NCBI RefSeq assembly: GCF_024298765.1
Contig: NZ_CP101210.1
Reading direction: 5' to 3' (one strand)
Length of the DNA stretch: 64,000 bases
Source of the DNA: Escherichia coli
GTDB taxonomy: Bacteria; Pseudomonadota; Gammaproteobacteria; Enterobacterales; Enterobacteriaceae
In this document: positions 9,403 to 17,682 of the stretch, one piece after another
How positions within the stretch are numbered: position 1 is the stretch's first letter
Layout: the number at the start of each line of letters is the position of its first letter
Notes under the pieces: model-generated
Database searches by the model: none
What the model was told of the DNA's origin: nothing
The model's input: the letters and a program-made list of their open reading frames with translations, nothing else
Position numbers and translations under genes: made by a program

Positions 9403-10448
9403 TGAGCAGAAAAAATAAAAAAGTGCGCATGAGTTCACGCATTGATCTCGCTGATGCGCTCAGGAAAGAATCATCGCTCAGTGCATTCACATTTGATGGT
9501 CCTTATCGCCTGACCGGGCATGACCTGCTGGACAATATGTACTGTGCTGATAACGGGCGGTGGTATGAAACCCCGGTGGACTGGTACGGTCTGGCAAGAG
9601 CCGCCCGGCAAACGTCCTGGCATCAGTCTGCGCTTTACTTTAAGCGCAATGTATTACTCGGTTGCTACATCCCGCACCCGCTGCTTTCCCGGCAGGATTT
9701 CTCGGCGCTGGCGCTGGACTGGTTTGTGTTCGGTAACGCATTCCTTGAGCTTCGGAGCAATATGCTCGGCGAACCGCTTAAATTACGGCACGCCCTGGCG
9801 AAATACATGCGACGCGGAAGCGATCTTGAATCATGGTGGTATGTGCAGGATGGCAAGGACGCGTTCCAGTTTCGCCCTGGCAAAGTGTGCCACCTGATGA
9901 ATCCGGATATTAACCAGGAAATCTACGGCATGCCGGAATATCTTGGCGCATTACTCTCGGCCAGCCTTTCTCATTCGGCGGACATGTTCAGAAAACTGTA
10001 CTACGACAACGGATCCCACGCCGGGTGCATCATCTACATCGGTGCAGCGCAGGTAAACCGCGAAAGCATGGACTCCCTGAAAGAAACGTTACAGGGTGCG
10101 CGTGGTGGTGGTGCATTTAAAAACGTGCTCATTCATGCGCCCAACGGGGGCAAAGAAGGGGTGCAAATTTTGCCGTTCCAGCAGATCACCGCAAAAGATG
10201 AGTTCATGAATGTTAAGGCGGCATCCCGTGATGATGTGCTGGCTGCGCACCGCGTTCCGCCGCAACTGATGGGGGCGATGCCGGGCGAAAAAAGTGCGTT
10301 TGGTGATGTGGAGAAGGCCGCGCGGGTTTACGCAATTAACGAGCTGATGCCCGTCATGGAGGCCATGAAGCACATCAATGACTGGCTTGGCGAAGAGGTG
10401 ATCCGCTTTAACCCTTACGCACTGTTAGACACCCAGCCCACATCCTGA
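9402..10448 (+). CDS. portal protein (gpQ-like)
   Basis: 348 aa, size and position match P2 gpQ; last morphogenesis gene before the cos/cargo region. Confidence 0.85.
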   Translation: MSRKNKKVRMSSRIDLADALRKESSLSAFTFDGPYRLTGHDLLDNMYCADNGRWYETPVDWYGLARAARQTSWHQSALYFKRNVLLGCYIPHPLLSRQDFSALALDWFVFGNAFLELRSNMLGEPLKLRHALAKYMRRGSDLESWWYVQDGKDAFQFRPGKVCHLMNPDINQEIYGMPEYLGALLSASLSHSADMFRKLYYDNGSHAGCIIYIGAAQVNRESMDSLKETLQGARGGGAFKNVLIHAPNGGKEGVQILPFQQITAKDEFMNVKAASRDDVLAAHRVPPQLMGAMPGEKSAFGDVEKAARVYAINELMPVMEAMKHINDWLGEEVIRFNPYALLDTQPTS

Positions 10449-10872
10449 CGCGCTTCGCTTGTCTGCTGCTTCGCCGGGGCATAAAAAATTTATGCCCCGA
10501 CTCTCCAGCTCCTGTATCAGTCAGATAATTTCACGACGCTTTCCTGCTGATTGCCATCATCGACAGTCAGACTCTTACGCAATCCCACCGCGTTGACTGC
10601 ATGTTCTCGCCGTCTCAGTGCGATTTTGACGGCCTTACCTTTCACCCCATCAAATCAAAAGCCCTCACGTCTTTTTCACGCTCAGCGTGAGAAATACAGC
10701 CATTCTGTTGTGTCGCTGCGACATCGTTCAGGGGATGCTATTTACCCCCTGAAACGCGGGCTGTTCCCCCGTCACCTGCGCGCAGAAAAAATGCGTTTTT
10801 TTGTGCACGCACGGATCCTTGACGGATCCAGCCACCATGCGGGCCGGAAGGGCAAAAAGTCGTTCAAAAAAA

Positions 10873-10899
10873 TTGTGCAAATTTGTGCACTATTGTGCA
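10873..10899 (+). promoter_or_regulatory. three direct TTGTGCA repeats at 10-bp spacing with a nearby TATAGT; candidate operator/promoter of the cargo operon
   Basis: TTGTGCA at about 10873, 10883 and 10893 (a fourth copy near 10801); TATAGT at about 10904; about 80 nt upstream of the cargo ATG. Confidence 0.35.
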
Positions 10900-10978
10900 T
10901 TTGTATAGTGAAAAAAATATAGCAGAAAGTATACTTAGCGCCTTGTGGGCTACGTTAACTTTGCAGGAACATTTGGAA

Positions 10979-12358
10979 ATGAAAAAAATCAATAAAGAAG
11001 ATTCTAAAAGAACCTTTTTACGTGGATGGTTGCGATTTCTTCGTAGCGTTGAGAGAGCTAAGAAAAAAAAGCCTGCGCAAGAGAAAAATGGTAGTCTTCG
11101 TTTTTCCGATGAAACAACTCCTGTCCAAAACCAAGTCGCTACGTTCATTGAAAATATATCGATTATAAAAGAGTATGACTCATCAATTCTTCGTCGTGAC
11201 GCAGAGAAGATATTAATACCTAAATATTTTGACTTATATGACAATCCAGAGAAATCTCTGCTATTTATTAGTGCAGCCACAAAATTAATTGCAAGAGGTA
11301 AATGGAAATCATATATTTTTGATTACAAGAAAAACAAAAAACACTGTCTTGGTCTTGAGTGTCTATTAGGTGTTGCTCTTACAGCAGCAAGGCAAAGTAA
11401 TATAAATTTCAAAGATACGATGATTCAGATTAATGGTATCTACCCTAAAGATGAACAGTATCTTGAAATTATCAGGGATGTCGGGCTTGTAAAAGAGATT
11501 AGTAATGCTGCACCAGGTAAAGTTCTGGACTCTACTGAAGCATCGAAAAAAGCGAATCCGAAGAAACGAATCTTCTCTGCTGATAGTATCGGAAAGGAGA
11601 ATGCTTCTGCCTTTGCCCATGACAGAAAAAATGTCACTGCTGAAAAATTTACCGCATACATAAACGAATGCTTAAATGATCATAATTTAAAACTTGTACA
11701 TGAGGCAGAAAAGCATTTAACTTCCTGCATGGGGGAACTCCTTGATAATGCGGAGCGGCATTGTGGGTTAGAGCAACGCCCACGCTGGTATTTGAGAGGT
11801 TTTGTTAATAATAACGTACGAAACCCCATATGTGAGTTGGCTGTTTTCAATTTTGGGAAAACTATCAGCGAAACTTTTGATAATTTACCTGAGGATCATT
11901 TTTCATTAAGTCAACAAGTTAATCCATACATAAATAAGCATATTAAGAAAAAGGGTATGTTTAAGGAAGGATTAACAACAGTAGCGGCCTTGCAAGGGCG
12001 GGTGAGTTGTAAAAACGAGAAAGAAACTGACAGTTCTGGCACCGGAACAATTGAATTATTGAAGTTATTTCAAGATATGCATGATAATCTTAAAAAAATG
12101 GGAAGAGATATTAAAGGTGGGATAAAAATGACTTTAATATCTGGTAGTACTCATATTAACTTTGATGGATCATATAAATTAAAGCAAAGGTTGGTTAATG
12201 ACGAGGAAAGTGACATTTTTACTTACCCTTTTAATGATGTAGGGCTTGAATCTGAACCGGATCGCAACTATCTTAAGCGTATGAAGGATGCTCGATTTCC
12301 TGGAGTTATGATCAATATTCGTTTTCCTCTACCAGAAAACGCCACCCAGCGAACTTGA
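10979..12358 (+). CDS. cargo gene 1: GHKL-type ATPase / anti-sigma-factor-kinase-like protein, 459 aa from ATG 10979
   Basis: N-box-like ELLDNAERHCG, possible degenerate G1 (FNFGKT) and G2 (SSGTGT) boxes; AT-rich; AGGAA 8 nt before ATG; the track start at 10883 is a TTG. Confidence 0.6.
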   Translation: MKKINKEDSKRTFLRGWLRFLRSVERAKKKKPAQEKNGSLRFSDETTPVQNQVATFIENISIIKEYDSSILRRDAEKILIPKYFDLYDNPEKSLLFISAATKLIARGKWKSYIFDYKKNKKHCLGLECLLGVALTAARQSNINFKDTMIQINGIYPKDEQYLEIIRDVGLVKEISNAAPGKVLDSTEASKKANPKKRIFSADSIGKENASAFAHDRKNVTAEKFTAYINECLNDHNLKLVHEAEKHLTSCMGELLDNAERHCGLEQRPRWYLRGFVNNNVRNPICELAVFNFGKTISETFDNLPEDHFSLSQQVNPYINKHIKKKGMFKEGLTTVAALQGRVSCKNEKETDSSGTGTIELLKLFQDMHDNLKKMGRDIKGGIKMTLISGSTHINFDGSYKLKQRLVNDEESDIFTYPFNDVGLESEPDRNYLKRMKDARFPGVMINIRFPLPENATQRT

Positions 12359-12368
12359 GGACAGGTAC

Positions 12369-12713
12369 ATGAAAATGGCTGACATCACCATAGATTTCAA
12401 TAAGTTAGTAAAAGATAGTAACAAGAAACTTTTTGCTGGACGTTCTAATGGGCGCCAGGCCTATGATTACTTTAATATAGGGAAATTTTGCACAACCAGT
12501 AATGATAGATTATATCTATTGATCCCCAAGGGAATTGTTGTATCAAGCTCATACTTTCTAGGTATGCTTGAAACGGTTTTGCCGAAATTTTCTTCGCCTA
12601 GCGAATTTTATAGTCGCACTGTACTTGATGGTCGTGAATATAAAGAAGGTATGCTTTCTGAATTAGATAGAGCTGTAAGGAGAGGCTTACATAAAAATGT
12701 TCCCTTCTTTTAA
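12369..12713 (+). CDS. cargo gene 2: small STAS-like (anti-sigma-factor-antagonist-like) protein, 114 aa
   Basis: GAGGA 8 nt before ATG, overlapping the stop of gene 1; segment LLIPKGIVVSSSYFLGMLETV recalls the SSSF-type STAS-like signature. Confidence 0.55.
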   Translation: MKMADITIDFNKLVKDSNKKLFAGRSNGRQAYDYFNIGKFCTTSNDRLYLLIPKGIVVSSSYFLGMLETVLPKFSSPSEFYSRTVLDGREYKEGMLSELDRAVRRGLHKNVPFF

Positions 12714-13506
12714 AAATATTTTTCAAATCAAAATGACAGCGCTGTCTGTCATTTTTTTTATATTCCCCGCAGCTTGCTCTGTGACAGATTTTTCCAATAA
12801 AGAAAACATTGAATGTAATGAGTCACTTTATCCAAACACGCCTTTTTATATTTCCGATTCAGGACTTAGTGGTATATCATCACCGTTTTTGTTATCCGGA
12901 AACCCGAATGATGGCTTGATGTTTTGTGAAAAGGCAAACGACACCTTTCATAAGTTATCTCTGGCAAGGGATAACAAAAAAGATTTATTTACTAATTATT
13001 TCAAAGATGTTCCAAATTCCTATGATATATATAATATTGTAAAGGTTCCGGAAAATGGTCCAGAGTGGATTTCTATTGGCATCTCTTTATTTGCTTTAGT
13101 TTCATCCTTTGTTATTCCTTGTGTTCAACATAGAAAAGAACGTAAAGAAGCTATTAATGAAGGGTATTGGGTAAGAGAAGTAATTATGCCTAAAATTAAT
13201 GGGTTGGCATTCGATGTTGTGCAAAGTTTTAAAAACTCCATGGCATTATCAGAAGAGGAGTTTCTTAGTGTATTCAGTAATACTCTTTTACCAAAACTAG
13301 GAGAGTTACGGGATTCATTATATTTGTTTAATAGTTTTCCAGAATTAAATGCAGATATTGAAAATCTAGAAAGTATTTGTGACTCCTTGGAGGAAGAAGT
13401 TTCCAATCATATAGACTCGCCTAATGAAATAAGAATTTCTGATATATCAATGTTTCATTCCAAATTAATACAGAAATTAATTTTACTTCATAAGAAGATA
13501 GGTTGA
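12697..13506 (+). CDS. cargo gene 3: membrane protein, candidate effector (N-terminal signal/anchor, one internal TM, acidic C-terminal domain)
   Basis: Overlaps gene 2 by 17 nt; hydrophobic N-terminus TALSVIFFIFPAAC and TM WISIGISLFALVSSFVIPCV; AT-rich. Confidence 0.6.
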   Translation: MFPSFKNIFQIKMTALSVIFFIFPAACSVTDFSNKENIECNESLYPNTPFYISDSGLSGISSPFLLSGNPNDGLMFCEKANDTFHKLSLARDNKKDLFTNYFKDVPNSYDIYNIVKVPENGPEWISIGISLFALVSSFVIPCVQHRKERKEAINEGYWVREVIMPKINGLAFDVVQSFKNSMALSEEEFLSVFSNTLLPKLGELRDSLYLFNSFPELNADIENLESICDSLEEEVSNHIDSPNEIRISDISMFHSKLIQKLILLHKKIG

Positions 13507-13551
13507 TTTTCAAGGCCTCCTTATTCCTAGGGCGGCCTTAGCTCTATATTT

Positions 13552-16344
13552 CTATCGTGTTCGATGCAATAAACTGATTTTTTTGCGAGCATGTTTAGTG
13601 GTTTCACTGATTCTCTGTGCGTGCTCTGCGTCGCGGATGGCGCGCAGCATGTCAGAAAGTACGGTAACGGGTGTTTTCATGGTGTTCTGGTCTTGCTGAA
13701 GTGTGGATGCCAGGCGTGCGGCGGCTTCAGGGTCTGATGCCTCTAGTTGTTCCAGATAGCTGGCGACCGGGTTATGGCGGATCTCCGTGCTGCTTACGCC
13801 GTGATTACGACTCAGGCGTTGCCAGAGCTGCGTGATTCGGCTGTCCGGGCGGGTATCCTGTTTGCGTACAATTTCAAATCCCTGCGGTGCAATGATGCTG
13901 CCGCCAACGTACAGACTGCCGCCTCGTAACAGGTGCTGCATCTGCTGTTCACCGATATGCAGGCCGAGAGATTCAGCAGACTCCCGCCATTCTTTAGCGA
14001 GTAACTCGTGGTTATCAGGCAAAGGCTGTGGCTGTTTGCGGCTCTGTGTCCAGTTCTGCATTTCATCACTGCTGTTTTTTGCCTGTTTGTCACGCAGCGA
14101 ACGCATCAGTGCCCGGCGTTCGTGCCGTTTCAGTGAGCGCATCCATTCATTCACGTCAACGCCTTCAGGAAGCCGCGGCCACGGTGCTGGCCGTTCTTCC
14201 GGCTGTTCTGTCCCGTTGTTGTCCGTTTCCTGTACACGGGGACAGTTATTGCCACGAGTCCAAGGGGCGGCAGGGCCGCCCTGAAGGTCAAAACCATTTT
14301 CGCGGGCGCTGTCTTCCGTTTCCGGTTTACGTCTTACCAGTTTCCAGTTATCCGGATGCGTGCACACACGGGAGGATTCCCCGATGAGTGGTGACCAGAT
14401 CCCGTAAATCTGTACGCTCTGTTCGCCGTAATCATTCAGCTCATCTGCGAGGTCGTAGGCGGTGCGAATCAGGTAGTCTTTGCGTGGAACAAGTACGCCG
14501 CCCTGTTTTTCAATGTAGGTGGCAAAACACCCGGCATCGGCGGCAGCGAGTACCGCATCCATTGCGTCATCTTTCAGTCGTTGCGGGCCTTCCGGGTTGC
14601 GTGCCATCTGGCTGGCAAGGCGGCGCAGTTCACGCCACACCTGACGGGAGGGGATGCCAAAGAACTGGAACTGGCGGACCCGATGAAGGCGCGCCCAGCC
14701 GATGGCGCGCTCCACACTCTCGGCCATTGATTTTCCGGTTTCGTGGTCAACGCGTGGCTTGCCCGTTTTCGGGTCGATGCCATCCACGGCGCGGCTGTCC
14801 AGGTTCTTTCCGATGTAGGTCGCGATATAGCTGGTTGGTGTGCCTTTTGAGCCGTCGACATACTCCGCCTTAAAGCGCGGAGTAATATCATTGCCCAGCT
14901 CGTGGCGGTCTTCCTGAATGGCAATATCGCGGGTGATGGCCACGATGCTGTCGATTTCTTCCGGATGAGCAAAGACCATCATATGCCAGTGCACGGTGCC
15001 GTCATGGTGAGGCTCCACCGTGCGGATGCCATACCAGCGAAGACCGTCGCGGTTCAGTTTTTTGCGGACCGCCGCAAAAAACGTGTTAACCAGGTAATCG
15101 CTGGAGTCGCGCATGGTGGCCCCGTTCCATTTGGGATTCGGATGACCGTTCTCTGTTGTGGCGTGGTATTTTGACGGGCAGGTGACAGTCAGAAACACCG
15201 CTTTGTCGCCACGGGCTTCGGCCAGAAGTTCCAGCCCCTTCATGGTGGCCATCATTTCTGCCTTACGGTGAACCGGGTTACTTACTCCCGCGTAATACAC
15301 CGTCTCGAGATCAATCGTGAACCCGTCTTCGTTTTCCAGCATGAAACTTTTCAGGAAATCGCGTGTTTTCTCGCGCTGTGCGCGAAACTCGCTTAACGCG
15401 TCCTGGCTCAAATAGGGCGATGTTTTTCTGGAAACCAGACAGGCGGCGCGGAGTTGTTCTTCTCTCCACTCGCAACGTAACAGCCACAGTTTGCGTTTCC
15501 ACCATTCCGCACAGGTCAGGCGAAGGATTGCGCCCGGCAGCAGTTCTGTGTCCGGTTCGTTCCTCCGGTCTTTGTCTGTTGTCAGTGCGTCATAATGCGG
15601 AGGCATGGCGTGCAAGTGTAACGCCATGCGGGCCAGCATCTGATACGCCTTCAGCGTTACATCCATGGTCAGCTCGCCATCGGTCGCGCCAAAACCATCG
15701 CAGAGTTTTTCGAAGGTGCTGCTGAACATCGCCGCCGTCATGGTGGCCAGCGTCTGTATCTGGTGTTTGTTGAGTTGCGGCAGGTAAAGCAAATCGTCCA
15801 GGCGTTCACGTCCGGCAAGGGACCGATAACCCGGTGTCAGCCAACGGCTGTCGGTGCGGTCCAGACGTACGAATATTTTGCGCAGGGTTCCGCGCGCGTA
15901 GCGTTCAGCCTGCCAGCTCTTTTTGCCTTTCTGACGATCGGATTCCTGTTTTTTGCGCAGGAAAGAGAGGTGGCGGCTCAGAGGTTCACGCAGATAAACG
16001 GGAAGCACCTTCAGTGTGGCAAAAGCACGGGCCACCGGGTCTTGTTCTGTTGCCTGACGCTTGCTGATGATGCTTTGTGCCAGCTTTTCACGCTGTCCGG
16101 CTTCCTCAAGGGATGCCATGAGTTTTTTACCCACGGTGGATTGTGCGAAAAAGGCTTCCTCCTTCGCTTCCTGTTCTTTCCGGGCCTTTTTGTCCGCCTC
16201 AAGGTAGTAACGGATGGCGCGTTGCAGCTCGGTTTCAGTTTCCTGCCTGCGCTCCGTAAATCTGTCCGGATCAATGGCTGGCCGTGGTTCATTCCAGCTC
16301 CATGCAAACTCACTCATGGCTGGTATCCCGTCACGCGCTGCCAC
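13552..16344 (-). CDS. replication initiation endonuclease (P2 gpA-like, rolling-circle HUH type)
   Basis: 930 aa with HWHMMVFAH HUH-type motif; position between early genes and cargo as P2 A. Confidence 0.8.
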   Translation of the reverse strand: MAARDGIPAMSEFAWSWNEPRPAIDPDRFTERRQETETELQRAIRYYLEADKKARKEQEAKEEAFFAQSTVGKKLMASLEEAGQREKLAQSIISKRQATEQDPVARAFATLKVLPVYLREPLSRHLSFLRKKQESDRQKGKKSWQAERYARGTLRKIFVRLDRTDSRWLTPGYRSLAGRERLDDLLYLPQLNKHQIQTLATMTAAMFSSTFEKLCDGFGATDGELTMDVTLKAYQMLARMALHLHAMPPHYDALTTDKDRRNEPDTELLPGAILRLTCAEWWKRKLWLLRCEWREEQLRAACLVSRKTSPYLSQDALSEFRAQREKTRDFLKSFMLENEDGFTIDLETVYYAGVSNPVHRKAEMMATMKGLELLAEARGDKAVFLTVTCPSKYHATTENGHPNPKWNGATMRDSSDYLVNTFFAAVRKKLNRDGLRWYGIRTVEPHHDGTVHWHMMVFAHPEEIDSIVAITRDIAIQEDRHELGNDITPRFKAEYVDGSKGTPTSYIATYIGKNLDSRAVDGIDPKTGKPRVDHETGKSMAESVERAIGWARLHRVRQFQFFGIPSRQVWRELRRLASQMARNPEGPQRLKDDAMDAVLAAADAGCFATYIEKQGGVLVPRKDYLIRTAYDLADELNDYGEQSVQIYGIWSPLIGESSRVCTHPDNWKLVRRKPETEDSARENGFDLQGGPAAPWTRGNNCPRVQETDNNGTEQPEERPAPWPRLPEGVDVNEWMRSLKRHERRALMRSLRDKQAKNSSDEMQNWTQSRKQPQPLPDNHELLAKEWRESAESLGLHIGEQQMQHLLRGGSLYVGGSIIAPQGFEIVRKQDTRPDSRITQLWQRLSRNHGVSSTEIRHNPVASYLEQLEASDPEAAARLASTLQQDQNTMKTPVTVLSDMLRAIRDAEHAQRISETTKHARKKISLLHRTR

Positions 16345-16703
16345 TCCTGCGAGAAGAGGGTGGAAAGGCGGTTAAATTCAGCGGTGTATTCACTCAGCGA
16401 GGCACACCCGCCAGCAGTGTGATGCGCCAGCATTGCCGCAAATACGGAGGTCGGGGAGTCGTAATACGCCAGCAGTGATTCGCCATGCGGTGTCAGGCAG
16501 CGCAACGCCAGCCCGTGTGGTGTTAAGTCCACGCGGTAGCAGTCGTCTACTGTGAAATAAAGGGTGTCTGCATTCTCCGGTTTTGTAGTGCGTGCTCTGT
16601 TGTCACGACTACGGATGTAGAGATCAAATAATCCCTGAAGAACGGGAGCCAGACGGGTGTCCTGTGTGCGCACCCATCTTGTGAAGTCATGAGCGTCAAT
16701 CAT
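16314..16703 (-). CDS. hypothetical phage early protein
   Basis: 129-aa ORF immediately upstream of A on the same strand, overlapping its start. Confidence 0.5.
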   Translation of the reverse strand: MIDAHDFTRWVRTQDTRLAPVLQGLFDLYIRSRDNRARTTKPENADTLYFTVDDCYRVDLTPHGLALRCLTPHGESLLAYYDSPTSVFAAMLAHHTAGGCASLSEYTAEFNRLSTLFSQEWQRVTGYQP

Positions 16704-16811
16704 GCTGCAATTCTCTCTACTAAGGATGTGCGAAGGCTTCCTGCCAAAAAACTCAGAAGCGGTCGGTTACAGGAATTGGCGTTCTACGAGTAGTTATTGC
16801 TGGCTTGAGGT

Positions 16812-17030
16812 TCATTTCTGTTTAATTCCGTGCATGCTGTAGAAGAAATCAAAAGTGCTATCTATGCGTATCATGAGCTCACGCTGTATCGCTTCTGGTG
16901 TTTCTGGTTCACCTGGCGAGCCAACTCCCGCGAAGAAATCACCGATCTCGCTTTTAATAAGTGCCTTTAGCGTTGCTGAGGAATTCAGGTGTGTGCGGTG
17001 ATGTTTGCGAGTGATTCTTCTCCTGCTCAT
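16812..17030 (-). CDS. hypothetical phage early protein
   Basis: 72-aa ORF in the early operon; overlaps the upstream ORF stop by 4 nt. Confidence 0.45.
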   Translation of the reverse strand: MSRRRITRKHHRTHLNSSATLKALIKSEIGDFFAGVGSPGEPETPEAIQRELMIRIDSTFDFFYSMHGIKQK

Positions 17031-17230
17031 TTGCGTGGATCCTGTACCTGTCGGATAAGATTCACCCGCGCCACATTAGTGGCGCAGAAGTAAGTACCGT
17101 CAGTGAGATAGATGTGGTGTGCATCCTTTTCTGAGCGGTGTTTGTCGATTGTGGTAATCAGGCGTTCGTCGACTTCGTATTCACGTCCTCTGGAAGTGAA
17201 ACGAACGACAGGAAAATGCTTAATTGCCAT
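17027..17230 (-). CDS. hypothetical phage early protein
   Basis: 67-aa ORF in the early operon. Confidence 0.5.
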   Translation of the reverse strand: MAIKHFPVVRFTSRGREYEVDERLITTIDKHRSEKDAHHIYLTDGTYFCATNVARVNLIRQVQDPRK

Positions 17231-17317
17231 TACACCTCCTGGGCGTGTGCGAATACCTCCGCGAATGCGGATTGTTTTTACATTTTCTTATTTAACCTAG
17301 GGTTTTTATTTGCGCTG

Positions 17318-17431
17318 TTATTCGCCAGTGAAAAAGCGGTCAATCTTTTTTACTGAACGAATAATTCGCATAATCCCAATGGCGCAGACCACCGAAATAA
17401 TCAGAACAAGCCATGAGATAAATATACTCAT
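17318..17431 (-). CDS. small hydrophobic membrane peptide (37 aa)
   Basis: ATG at 17431 overlaps the stop of the upstream ORF (ATGA); MSIFISWLVLIISVVCAIGIMRIIRSVKKIDRFFTGE is a single TM helix with a basic tail. Confidence 0.35.
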   Translation of the reverse strand: MSIFISWLVLIISVVCAIGIMRIIRSVKKIDRFFTGE

Positions 17432-17670
17432 GCAATATTCCCCAGCTTATACGGTTCAATATGCTCCCCGCATTCTGCGGCACAGATCAGCTCGGAAAGT
17501 TCGTTAAGTGCATCCAGATCATCAGCGTAAAAAGCCACGTCATACAGACTCCGGATTGCCCTGGTTAATGAGTCACGGGCTGCACGTTCAGCATGAGTAC
17601 CTGATGCACTTAAGCGAAAATAAAAACGCTCAAGTGCTTTGTTTATGAGAGTCTTATATTCTTTGCCCAT
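17428..17670 (-). CDS. hypothetical phage early protein
   Basis: 80-aa ORF in the early operon. Confidence 0.5.
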   Translation of the reverse strand: MGKEYKTLINKALERFYFRLSASGTHAERAARDSLTRAIRSLYDVAFYADDLDALNELSELICAAECGEHIEPYKLGNIA

Positions 17671-17682
17671 CGCAACGCCCTT

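Noticed and set aside
10883-10978. Upstream TTG start extending cargo gene 1 to 491 aa
   Set aside because: Uses a TTG codon inside the TTGTGCA repeat/promoter-like region; the ATG at 10979 has a better-placed AGGAA ribosome-binding site.
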